DNA of 64,000 bases, taken from contig JAOZFN010000010.1 in the NCBI GenBank assembly GCA_027492205.1, forward strand, positions 1 through 64,000. Reading direction: 5' to 3'. This document shows, in pieces, positions 29,035 through 38,016 of the stretch (the stretch's first letter is position 1; each line of letters begins with the position of its first letter). A program made the position numbers and the translations under genes. Source of the DNA: Thermoproteota archaeon. GTDB lineage: Archaea; Korarchaeota; Korarchaeia; Korarchaeales; Korarchaeaceae. The notes below the pieces were generated by a model. It worked only from the letters and a program-made list of their open reading frames with translations. It had not been told where the DNA came from and ran no database searches.

Positions 29035-30195
29035 GTGCAGGCAGAGGGGCGGGTGGTCATCTTCTCCGGCCCCGCGGGGAGCGGGACCTACGAGAGAATG
29101 TTAGAGGCGGCGAGGCTCGCGGAGGAGTGGGGGTACGAGGTAAAGGTCGAGAGACTCTTTGACAGGATGGCGAGAGTGGCTAGGGAGAGGTACGGGCTCG
29201 AGATAACCGAGGAGAACGTGCTGAACCTCCTGAGGGAGAGGCTCATCTCTATCAGGAAGGAGGCCGTCGAGGAGATCAGGGGGGAGATCGAGAGCAGCCA
29301 GGGGTTCTACATGGTGAGGTCCCCGGCGACCTTCTTCTGGGGAGGGACGCTGATCACGGGGCTCGACCTGGACGACGTCATGAAGCTCCGGCCCGATGCC
29401 TTCATAGTAGTCGTCGACGACATCATGCCAGTGAAGGCGAGGCTGGAGGCCGATCCTGAGTGGAAGACCCAGAGGTTCACCCTCAGAGACCTAGCTTCTT
29501 GGAGAGAGCAGGAGACCACTCTAGTCGAGGAGCTGGCGAGGTGGACCAAGGCGGAGTTCTACGTGGTCGCGAGGGCCCACCCACCCCGCGTATTTGCGGA
29601 CCTGGTCGTGCACCCGGAGAAGCCAAAGGCCTACATCAGCTTTCCCATGACGCACGTGCCGCCCGACATTTACAGGGAGTTCGAGGCCAAGAAGGACAGG
29701 TTCGTTGACGAGCTGGACAAGCTGGGCATCGTGATATTCGACCCAGCGACGATGGCCGAGGGGGTCATACTGTCCAAGCTGGAGGAGTACGAGAACAGGG
29801 CCAGGTCCGAGGGGAGGGAGCCCGACCCTGGGGAGGAGCTGGAGATCACGGTTAACTACGGCGGGGAAGAGCGGGTCTACAGGTACACCTACCAGGAGCT
29901 GGCGGCCGTAGACCCCCTGGTGGAGGGACAGATCGTGAAGAGGGACTTTGCCATGATCGAGTCCGCCAACATGGTGATAGTTTACAACCCCTTGGGCATA
30001 CCGTCCCCGGGCGTGGCCTGCGAGATGATGTACGCCCACAAGGTCCTTGGTAGGGACGTCTACCTCATCTGGGGGAAGGAGGGTAGGCCCAGTCCATTCT
30101 ACACGGCGTTCTGCAACAGGCGGTTCTCGACGCCGGAGGAGTTCCTCGAGTACGCACGGACTCACGTCAGGCCCAGGTGGGGAGGGATGAGCTAG
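29035..30195 (+). CDS. Adenylate-kinase-like P-loop domain fused to a nucleoside 2-deoxyribosyltransferase-like domain
   Basis: N-terminal IFSGPAGSG, WREQE; C-terminal YISFPMT, FDP, RDFAMIESANMVIVY, SPGVACEMMYA. Confidence 0.65.
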   Translation: MQAEGRVVIFSGPAGSGTYERMLEAARLAEEWGYEVKVERLFDRMARVARERYGLEITEENVLNLLRERLISIRKEAVEEIRGEIESSQGFYMVRSPATFFWGGTLITGLDLDDVMKLRPDAFIVVVDDIMPVKARLEADPEWKTQRFTLRDLASWREQETTLVEELARWTKAEFYVVARAHPPRVFADLVVHPEKPKAYISFPMTHVPPDIYREFEAKKDRFVDELDKLGIVIFDPATMAEGVILSKLEEYENRARSEGREPDPGEELEITVNYGGEERVYRYTYQELAAVDPLVEGQIVKRDFAMIESANMVIVYNPLGIPSPGVACEMMYAHKVLGRDVYLIWGKEGRPSPFYTAFCNRRFSTPEEFLEYARTHVRPRWGGMS

Positions 30196-30748
30196 CTCCG
30201 CTCCTGAGTGAGCTCTGAAAGCTCCGAGAAGTCATCTAAAGAGGGAGGAGCAACGAGATCGACCTCCCCAGCAGACGTCCCGGCTAACTTGGGCTCACCA
30301 GCGCCTCCAGAGTGAACTGCAGGAGCACCTTAGAAAACGCCGCCCCCGCCTCAATGTAGCCTTGGCTCCCCTCGGTCGCAGCCCCCAGCGCACAACGCCT
30401 ACGCAGTGACGTCAGAAGAGAGTCCAGAGGAAAACAAGGGGACTCGCAGATCTGGGGGCATTGGAGTCGTCCTCCGCGAAGGCTTAGCCCTGGACAGCCT
30501 GGGCGGGGAGGTATGCCTTCACGCCCTCCTGGGAATCTCGGCTCTCCTCTTGGGACTTGGCCACGGGCATAGTCCGAGGGAGCTGTCGCTCGGAGATCCC
30601 CCGGTATTGACCTGCCCAGACCCGGGCCCACCCCTCACGTGCGGCGGGAGAGTCCTATTCGAGTTATGAGGTAAAAGGGCAAAGAAGAGCGGAAGTTTGA
30701 CCGCCCGCCACGGCATTATCTTCCGGCGCCCCTCCCTTGCGGGAGACC

Positions 30749-31831
30749 ATGAGCTGGGGAGGGGTCGCTTCTGTCGCTCTGACCCTGATGCTGCTGGCCT
30801 CCGTTGCGTGGGCCGCGGTCTCCGCCCCCTCCTACTCACTATCCGTGTCTGTAACGCCGGGTGAGGGGTCCGTGGGTGAGTCGTTCACCACGTCGGTGAG
30901 GATAGTCATAGACGGCCTCCAGCAGGGAGATGCGGCCCACTCGATTATGTGGACCTGGGATCCAGGGGGGGTCGAGAAGTACTCCGACCACTCCCCCTAT
31001 TGGACTGACGCGGACGCGCCTGTAGACTACGAGACGACGTGGACGGTCACGGCAGACAGCCCGGGAACTTGGACCTCCTGCGTCACCCTGGTTCTCGAGC
31101 ACGCCACCTCCGACGGGGTTGAGCGCGATGAGATAACCCGCTGCTCAACCTTCGAAGTCTCCGAGCAGGGCGGGGGTGGGGGAGGCGGCGGGACCGCTAA
31201 GAGGCCCACCAGAATAACGATCCGCGTCAACCCCGACAAGGTTTCACCCGGAGAGCAGTTCAGCGTGAGCGGGGGACTCTTCGACGACAGTCAGAGCGAC
31301 TGGTGGAACCATCCGATAGCCGGAGCGAGGATAAGGGTGGTGTTCAAAGGGCAAACCAAGACAGCCACCACGTCGGCCAGCGGAGAGTGGAGCGTGGTGT
31401 TCACGGCCCCGGCCCAGGAGGGAACGTACGGGGTCAGGGCTAGCTTTGCGGGTGATTCCCAGTACGATGGGACTTCTGCCAGTGGAACGGTGAGGGTTCA
31501 GAGGCAGTCCAAGAAGAACTGCACGATTGAGCTCATCTTCCCCAGGAGGGTTCGCGTGGGGGATGTCGTCAACGTCACCGTCGTGCTTAGAGACGCCGAG
31601 ACGCACCGAGAGATCAGGGGAAAGGTTGTGACGCTCTACATCGAGGCCGAGAGCCACCGGGTGGAGTCCGGCTCGACCTTCACGATCCAGGCGAAGTACA
31701 CCGGCACTATAGACGTCGGCGCCAGGTTCGAGGGGGATGAGGAGTACAACGGGGCCTACGATCCTGGGGGGCTAATAGAGGTCTGGACGAGACCGGAGAT
31801 CACAATCACCTACGTGGGGTGTGGGGAATGA
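30749..31831 (+). CDS. Secreted Ig-like protein 1 (three Ig domains plus spare C-terminal strand; putative tip)
   Basis: Signal peptide, poly-Gly linker, Ig repeats (FAGDSQY, FEGDEEY), ends WTRPEITITYVGCGE. Confidence 0.85.
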   Translation: MSWGGVASVALTLMLLASVAWAAVSAPSYSLSVSVTPGEGSVGESFTTSVRIVIDGLQQGDAAHSIMWTWDPGGVEKYSDHSPYWTDADAPVDYETTWTVTADSPGTWTSCVTLVLEHATSDGVERDEITRCSTFEVSEQGGGGGGGGTAKRPTRITIRVNPDKVSPGEQFSVSGGLFDDSQSDWWNHPIAGARIRVVFKGQTKTATTSASGEWSVVFTAPAQEGTYGVRASFAGDSQYDGTSASGTVRVQRQSKKNCTIELIFPRRVRVGDVVNVTVVLRDAETHREIRGKVVTLYIEAESHRVESGSTFTIQAKYTGTIDVGARFEGDEEYNGAYDPGGLIEVWTRPEITITYVGCGE

Positions 31832-32481
31832 GAATCAGAAAGAGGAACCTCCTGGCCCTTCTACTGCTCACCCTGGCCGTGGCCCCTGCCCTTGCCCAGA
31901 CAAAGGTCTACAGGGGGGACACAGTAACGGTATCGGGGGTTGTCAAAGACGAGCTGGGGAACCCGGTGGCGGGAGCGACCGTTCAGCTCCTGGACGGGGC
32001 CACACTGCTGGACTCCACAACCACAGGCTCGGACGGGTCCTTCACCCTCACCTGGACCGTGCCGCCCGACCACCCGCTGGGGCCAAAGACCCTGACGGTC
32101 TACGTGCCTGAGCAGCCGAGCCTCTACGTGGAGGCGTCCTCCGCCTCTGTCTACGTAGAGATCTGGGCCCTGGCCGTGATCAGCGCCAGCGGGCCTCAGC
32201 GTATACACAGGGGAGACGAGGTCACGATATCGGGCTCGGTCCAGGGGATCAGCTCGGGGACCGTGGAGGTTCAGCGAGACGGAAACACGATAGCCACGGG
32301 CCCAGTCAGCGGTGGTCAGTTCAGCGTGAGCTTCACCGTGCCTAACGACTGGCAGAAGGGTCCAGTCACCCTTACGGTGACCTGTCCGAGCGGGAGCTAC
32401 GTGGACGTTCAGGAGGGCCAGGTGAGCACGGGGCTGTGGGTCAGGCCGACGATAGAGGTCACCGAGGTCTCAGGCGGATGA
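31828..32481 (+). CDS. Secreted Ig-like protein 2 (putative shaft subunit)
   Basis: Signal peptide ALA|Q; two Ig domains; ends WVRPTIEVTEVSGG; ATGA overlap with protein 1. Confidence 0.85.
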   Translation: MRIRKRNLLALLLLTLAVAPALAQTKVYRGDTVTVSGVVKDELGNPVAGATVQLLDGATLLDSTTTGSDGSFTLTWTVPPDHPLGPKTLTVYVPEQPSLYVEASSASVYVEIWALAVISASGPQRIHRGDEVTISGSVQGISSGTVEVQRDGNTIATGPVSGGQFSVSFTVPNDWQKGPVTLTVTCPSGSYVDVQEGQVSTGLWVRPTIEVTEVSGG

Positions 32482-33704
32482 TCCCCATGAGGGGGAGAGC
32501 ACTCCCGCTCCTTCTCGGTCTCTTGGGCCCGGCGGCTACCCTCGCTCTGGCGCAGGCCCACGTGGTTCGGGGTCAGGCCCTAACCATCACGGTCAGGCTC
32601 GCAGACGAGAACGGCGCGCCTCTAGCCGGCGTGACGGTCCACTTCTTGGACGAGACTGACGGGGTGGAGGTGGGAGCCGGCGTGACGGACTCCGACGGCT
32701 GCGCCAGCGTGACCTGGGCCACCTCGTCCGCCAGCCCAGGGCTTCACTCGATCCTGATCTGGACGGAGGAAGGCAACTACGTGGAGAAATCGCAGACCAG
32801 GCTCAGCGTAGAGGTACTGGCCCCTGCCGAGCTGGGGCTGAGCGTCTCTGCACCGGCTGCTGTGAGGCCGGGACAGAGCTTCGTGGTTAGGGCTACGGTG
32901 TCTAACGGTGGTCAGGCCGCGGCGCAGGATGTGAAGGTGAAACTCGGCCGAAAGAGCAAGGAACTGGGGGATCTTCCCGGAGGGGCCAGCTTGACGGCTG
33001 AGTTCTCCCTAAGGGCGCCCAACGAGCCCGGAGACTACGATCTGACTGTTGAGGCTGTTGGGGTGGAGTGGGGAACCGGGCGGGCCCTCTCGGTCTCATC
33101 TAGGGTTCACTATCATGTTAAGACCGAGGGGCTGGCGCTGGAGATCAGGGCTCCCTATTCGGTCAGGGAGGGAGAGAAGTTTGCCTTCTCTGTCGATCTC
33201 AGCAACGTGGGGGAAGATGAGGTCAGCCTGTCGATCTCGATAAACATCTCGGGGGCCCGGCCCGACCATATTGAGGACTTCGCCACCCTCAACCCGGGGG
33301 CCAGCATTACACGCGCCTATTTCGCCACGGCAGGCGAGGTGAGCGAAATCTTGTTGATTGCATCAGCCGAAGGAGGAGGCCTGAGAGCGAGCGATGAGGC
33401 GACCATAGCCGTCGTACCAGCCCCTCCCCCGCCTAGGCCTCCAGCCTCACGGCCAACTCCCACAGAGCTTACTTCACCGCCGGCGAATCTGACCTCGCCG
33501 CCCTCGACCTCCCCAGCCACGCGCCTGGCCCCGCCCTCGACCTCCCCGGGCGGGCACGCTGAGGTCGAGGTGAGCGTCACGCCCGATGTAGGCGCGGGGT
33601 CCAACGCCCCTCCCTCACTTAGGGGGGCTTCGGCGCTTGGATCGGGCTTCGTCTTGGCCGCTTTAGTGATCCTCAGGGGGGTGTGGAGGGTGGAAGATCC
33701 CTAA
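32478..33704 (+). CDS. Secreted Ig/CARDB-like protein 3 with Pro/Ser/Thr linker and C-terminal TM anchor
   Basis: Signal peptide ALA|Q; three Ig-like domains; PST-rich linker; GFVLAALVILRG TM; ATGA overlap with protein 2. Confidence 0.85.
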   Translation: MIPMRGRALPLLLGLLGPAATLALAQAHVVRGQALTITVRLADENGAPLAGVTVHFLDETDGVEVGAGVTDSDGCASVTWATSSASPGLHSILIWTEEGNYVEKSQTRLSVEVLAPAELGLSVSAPAAVRPGQSFVVRATVSNGGQAAAQDVKVKLGRKSKELGDLPGGASLTAEFSLRAPNEPGDYDLTVEAVGVEWGTGRALSVSSRVHYHVKTEGLALEIRAPYSVREGEKFAFSVDLSNVGEDEVSLSISINISGARPDHIEDFATLNPGASITRAYFATAGEVSEILLIASAEGGGLRASDEATIAVVPAPPPPRPPASRPTPTELTSPPANLTSPPSTSPATRLAPPSTSPGGHAEVEVSVTPDVGAGSNAPPSLRGASALGSGFVLAALVILRGVWRVEDP

Positions 33705-33779
33705 GGGCTGGGGGAGTTCGAGAACGCACCGGGCCGAGGGAGGTATGCCCGTCAGGTCTGCCCGCAGCCAACTCCGCGC

Positions 33780-35186
33780 TCAGGGGCACCCCAGCGCCCG
33801 CAGCCCCTCGGGAAGGCCCGCTGTTATTATCCGCTCGATCCCCTCGAGGGGGGCCTCATCGTAGTATACGACGTACTGCCCGTTCTCGAGGGGGGCCACA
33901 TCTCGAACCACGTAGTGAACGAACCCGGAGTGGGCGAGGAAGTTCCTCACATGGTCTGAAGTGTACGTCGCTGACATAGCCTGCTCAAGGAGCCTTACGG
34001 GCTTTGAATTGCGACGGGCGGCCATGAGTCGCTCTAACCAGGCTCCGAGTTCCCTCTCTTCATTTTGACCGGGTGCGCTGGGCCTGAGGAAGTCCAGAGA
34101 CCTTCCAGCCAGGAACCACAGCCTAAACAGCGGGGCCCCAGGCGGGAGCCGCCCAACCCTACACTCCACGGCCTTTCTCTCCAGGAGAAAGCTGGCGAGG
34201 GTGGAAGGTTCCCCCCCACGCCCAGTTGGCGGGGCCTCGTCGAGGGTTCCGGCGACCTCTGAGAGGAGGAGGTGATACTGCAGCACCATGCCCTTCTGCT
34301 TGTAGAGTGAGAGCAGCTTCCCAATCAGCTCAGAGGGAAGAACTCCGAGTTGGCAGCCATGGTCGAGGCCGAGGATTCTGGAAGCTCTCCGCGCGAATTC
34401 ACCCACCAGCAGGGGAACGACTTCTGCTGGCCGGCCCCGGGGGTAGTAATCCCCTCCAGCCTCCGTCCTCTCCAGGAGTTTCAACACCCTGCAGAGGTGG
34501 AGGTGAACCATTGTGGGGGATCCGAGTGACACGCCCAGCGACATCAGCGCGGCCTCTCTCAACAGATCGGCAGACGGACCCGGCCGCAGGCGTGCGGCGG
34601 ATTCCACCAGAGCCCTCCATTGGAGAACTTGTTGAGGATTCTCAAGTATTTTTGATAAAATTTCGGCTATTTGAGCAATTCTCAGGACGCTTTTTGGCGG
34701 CGACTCCTGCGCTCTCCAGGTTGCTCCGCGGGGTTTGCGGGCGATTACCGTGAGCTTCCGCCCCGCCGCCAGCGAGTGAGCTAGGGCGCCCAGGAGGGCG
34801 GAGGAAGTCACCGGGTCGGGTCCACCCCATGGAATTAGGAAGACAACCGTCTCCGCCCCATTCAGGGTTGAGAGAACCGACACGCTGGCGACAAATGCTC
34901 TCTCACCGAGCTCCTCGAGCGCGCAATCGGGGCGTTCGTCCAGGGCCACGCCGACGAGCCGAACGGTCGAACTGGACAGCACGCGACGGTCTAGGCCCTC
35001 GCGGCCCGGCGATCCTCCGGATCTCAACAAAACTAGGGTGGCCTCCCCATCCATGTCTACGATCTTCTCGAGCCCCGTGATGGCCCATTCCAGGGCCTCT
35101 GTCACAGACATCGACTCATCTATACCCCCCTCGGGCGCGCATAGGGGCAGTAGAACTGCGAGGGGCAACTCTGTACTCACCTCCAC
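33780..35186 (-). CDS. Csx1-like CARF-HEPN ribonuclease (divergent)
   Basis: C-terminal RNFLAHSGF matches the Csx1 HEPN RxxxxH motif; N-terminal Rossmann-like region; Csx1-like length. Confidence 0.65.
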   Translation of the reverse strand: MEVSTELPLAVLLPLCAPEGGIDESMSVTEALEWAITGLEKIVDMDGEATLVLLRSGGSPGREGLDRRVLSSSTVRLVGVALDERPDCALEELGERAFVASVSVLSTLNGAETVVFLIPWGGPDPVTSSALLGALAHSLAAGRKLTVIARKPRGATWRAQESPPKSVLRIAQIAEILSKILENPQQVLQWRALVESAARLRPGPSADLLREAALMSLGVSLGSPTMVHLHLCRVLKLLERTEAGGDYYPRGRPAEVVPLLVGEFARRASRILGLDHGCQLGVLPSELIGKLLSLYKQKGMVLQYHLLLSEVAGTLDEAPPTGRGGEPSTLASFLLERKAVECRVGRLPPGAPLFRLWFLAGRSLDFLRPSAPGQNEERELGAWLERLMAARRNSKPVRLLEQAMSATYTSDHVRNFLAHSGFVHYVVRDVAPLENGQYVVYYDEAPLEGIERIITAGLPEGLRALGCP

Positions 35187-35914
35187 CTAAGAACGGGCCT
35201 CTCTTCGTCACCCGCTCCCGTCAGGATTGAGATGGCTCTGAAGACTGCCCTCCCAAGCTCGGTTGCCCTTGCCTCCCCCGTGACGCCTACTTCGATCAGG
35301 CCAGCCCCGACCAACCAGGCAACTAATTCGCCGTCGGCGCGCTGGTACCTCCCAGAGAGTATCCTCATCACGCTCTCGAGGAGGGCGGGCGGAAGGGGAA
35401 GGATTGGGAGCCTGTGAATCTCATAGTCATCTTGCTCAGGCCAGAAGATCTCTTCAATAACATGCTCCCCGACCTTATCCCAGGACAAAATCGCGCTCCT
35501 CCACCTCTCAAGCCTCTCCCCAGAGGTCGCCATGATGACGGAGTAGACCCCGTCTAGCGGGACCATCTGGGCGATTGAGGTTAGCAGCGCCGCAAGCTCT
35601 GGGGTAGAACAGGAGATTAGAACGCTCACCAGGTCTGGATTGACCGCGCTCAGAGCGTGGCAAACGGCCTCCAGCCACTCCTCTACTTGACCGCTCAGTT
35701 CTACGCCCTCTACCCTCACCCACCTGTACTTCAAGTTGAAGGACTTTCTGAGGATCGGTAGGACCCATTCGGACCCCGGGGGGACTACTAGCACGATCAC
35801 CTCCGGCGCGAGTTCGTCCCTAGCCAGATGTCTGTAGGCTCTACTGATTAACCACGGCTCACTGCACGCAGGAGCCAAAAGCACATTAACGGCCCTTCTG
35901 GGCAGGAAGGGCAT
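35177..35914 (-). CDS. CARF domain protein (Csx14/Crn1-like) with C-terminal wHTH
   Basis: VLLAPACSEP...PEVIVLV...VSVLISCSTP...VYSVI...EIFWP...HRLPILP follows the Csx14 pattern; LVGAGLIEV...ATELGR wing. Confidence 0.6.
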   Translation of the reverse strand: MPFLPRRAVNVLLAPACSEPWLISRAYRHLARDELAPEVIVLVVPPGSEWVLPILRKSFNLKYRWVRVEGVELSGQVEEWLEAVCHALSAVNPDLVSVLISCSTPELAALLTSIAQMVPLDGVYSVIMATSGERLERWRSAILSWDKVGEHVIEEIFWPEQDDYEIHRLPILPLPPALLESVMRILSGRYQRADGELVAWLVGAGLIEVGVTGEARATELGRAVFRAISILTGAGDEERPVLRWR

Positions 35915-36268
35915 CTACAAGGCCCCTCACAGGGGGATCTTAAGGGTGATGGGGTAAAATTTCCAAATTCAACGTGAAAATTGAAAATCTGACCCACAGG
36001 AGCCTTCCAACTCATCCACCCAGGGCTAGAGCCGGTTCAGAGGAAATCGCCTTCCTAAGTCACTCAGTTTATTAAGGAAGTGGGCTCTGAGCCTCACCCA
36101 GGAGCATCCGGTGGCACAGGAATCGGGACGCCGGGACCCTGCATGGCACTCACCTGATACCCCCACACCCCTAGCCGGAGAAGAATGTCATTGGACGAGT
36201 CGGCAAGGCCCAATAGAGGTAATGCGCGAACTACGGCGTCCCGTTAGATGCAATTCCAGTAAAACCTG

Positions 36269-36283
36269 CCCAAAAATTTTGGG
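36269..36283. promoter_or_regulatory. Palindromic operator candidate CCCAAAA-A-TTTTGGG
   Basis: Perfect 7-bp inverted repeat 11 nt upstream of the HTH gene start. Confidence 0.45.
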
Positions 36284-36294
36284 TGGCTGAGTAG

Positions 36295-38016
36295 ATGGTC
36301 GAACTGAGTGATATTGACGAGCTTGAGAGGGCCTTCACGCTGGCTGCCAAAATGGCTTCTAGTGAGATGGATCTCCCCCTCGCCCGGCATGTCCCCAAAA
36401 AGATTGAGTTAGAGGACTTTCCGGTTCAAAGGGACTACAGATCCGGGGCTTTCATACGCGGGGACACGCTTGTTCTGAGTTCGAGACTAACTGCAAAGAG
36501 ATTAAACACAGTAATTGTGAGAGAGGCGTTCAACTTATTGATACCCCAGAGTCTCGATCAACTTAAACCGGTCTACGACCTATCTTGGGCCTACTCCGGG
36601 GCGGAGCTAAGCTGGTGGAGGGAGTGCAGCCGAGTCATCTGGGACCCCCGGTTCCCCCTGTACAACGCACCCGAGGTACTCTCCCCCCTATCCAGAAAGA
36701 GGGTGATTGAGGTTCTCAGGAGAGTGCTGCGCCTCCTGAGGGGGCTAATTAACGCCGGTCGGAAGGTTACGCTTGAGGAATACCTTTCCGTATTCAGCGA
36801 GGCGGCAGGGCTTCTTGAGCCCGTCAAGCTCTCCAGGGTCCAGGTCAAGGTAATCGAGGAACTCGCCAAGATCCCATATCTCACGCAGAGAGAGCTGGCA
36901 AGGAGGCTCGGGTTCTCGAGGTCTGCCATATCAAAAGCCCTGTCAAAGCTTACCGCCCTAGGCATACTAAGCGGCCCTGAAAACGTGGTACTTGAGCGGA
37001 TCGGCCTGGCCGGGATCTTAGCCGTGATCCAAGACAGTCAGAGCGTAGAGAGGGCTCTCGCCGAGTTTCCGTTTACCTACCGGATTCTGAGGCCCATCTC
37101 ACAGAGCCTCCCCATGTTTGCTTTGCTAATTTTTCCCAGCGAGGGCTTAACTCACCTTAGGTCGATCCTTAACCCCAGTGGGGTGCAGCTAGCTAGGATG
37201 CTCAGATTCACATTCACCTACAAGAGCACTCCGTTCAACCCGGAGTCGGATGTTGAAAAGGCCCTCAGGTTGCTGAGTGAGGGGTTTGAGTTCAAAATAC
37301 GTGGGGAGAGGGAGGCAACAGCCCCTAAACTCAGTAGGTACGATCTTATGATCGTGAATCGAGTCTTTCAGAAGGGCAGAGTCAGCGTGTCCGCGGCCAG
37401 AGCAATGGGAATACCCTCGGCAGAGCCGAGGCTTCGAAGGCTCAGGGAGCTGGGCGTAATCAGAAAGCTTTACGCGATCGGCGGATTTCGACTTGGAAGG
37501 CCCATCTCGGTGCTCATAAACTCTGAGCAGAGGGACTTCCCCAGGATTTCGGCCGCCATGGGCGCAATGTCGACGTCGCTTTCCCTGTACCTCGAGGGGG
37601 ACTTAAGGGGGGTTTGGGGCTTGCTGCTCACGTCGGATAAAGACATCCCCCAATTGATACAGGCGTTGAGGCTGGTGTTCGGGAGCGATTTGATGGACGC
37701 CGTGCCGCTCTTGGATTTCTCCCCGTCTTACTGGAGCATTCCGATAGGTCTTTGGGATGAGCGGCACAACCGCTTTATGTACGAGGTGGCCCTGGATGAG
37801 CTTGCCTCACGCCTCTCATCTAATCACCCTGGAAACGCTCGCAGACCAGCCAGCGACGAGCGCCCTAATGAGGTCCACCGACACGTTCACTTCGTATATC
37901 ACAACCTGCCTCCGACCAGCCCCCCTCCTCGACACGCTTCTCTGGAGGAGCCATCCCGGTGGGCACTCTCCGCCCAAGAGCGAGTACAGTCTGCTCTGGG
38001 AGATCGAGGGGATTAA
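36295..38016 (+). CDS. Large wHTH transcriptional regulator-like protein
   Basis: LSRVQVKVIEEL..TQRELARRLGFSRSAISKALSKL HTH; second HTH-like unit (LSRYDLMIV..RLRRLRELGVI); last ~65 aa overlap the opposite gene. Confidence 0.75.
   Translation: MVELSDIDELERAFTLAAKMASSEMDLPLARHVPKKIELEDFPVQRDYRSGAFIRGDTLVLSSRLTAKRLNTVIVREAFNLLIPQSLDQLKPVYDLSWAYSGAELSWWRECSRVIWDPRFPLYNAPEVLSPLSRKRVIEVLRRVLRLLRGLINAGRKVTLEEYLSVFSEAAGLLEPVKLSRVQVKVIEELAKIPYLTQRELARRLGFSRSAISKALSKLTALGILSGPENVVLERIGLAGILAVIQDSQSVERALAEFPFTYRILRPISQSLPMFALLIFPSEGLTHLRSILNPSGVQLARMLRFTFTYKSTPFNPESDVEKALRLLSEGFEFKIRGEREATAPKLSRYDLMIVNRVFQKGRVSVSAARAMGIPSAEPRLRRLRELGVIRKLYAIGGFRLGRPISVLINSEQRDFPRISAAMGAMSTSLSLYLEGDLRGVWGLLLTSDKDIPQLIQALRLVFGSDLMDAVPLLDFSPSYWSIPIGLWDERHNRFMYEVALDELASRLSSNHPGNARRPASDERPNEVHRHVHFVYHNLPPTSPPPRHASLEEPSRWALSAQERVQSALGDRGD

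Noticed and set aside
31166-31192. Poly-G run as a phase-variation tract
   Set aside because: Mixed Gly codons encoding a linker; no long homopolymer
33420-33550. Pro/Ser/Thr repeats as a DNA repeat element
   Set aside because: Protein linker before the TM anchor
30749-33704. One frameshifted giant Ig pseudogene
   Set aside because: Each part has its own signal peptide, RBS-like sequence and ATGA coupling, which indicates separate genes
33705-36294. CRISPR array or cas core genes near the CARF pair
   Set aside because: No spaced direct repeats and no cas1/cas10/RAMP motifs seen
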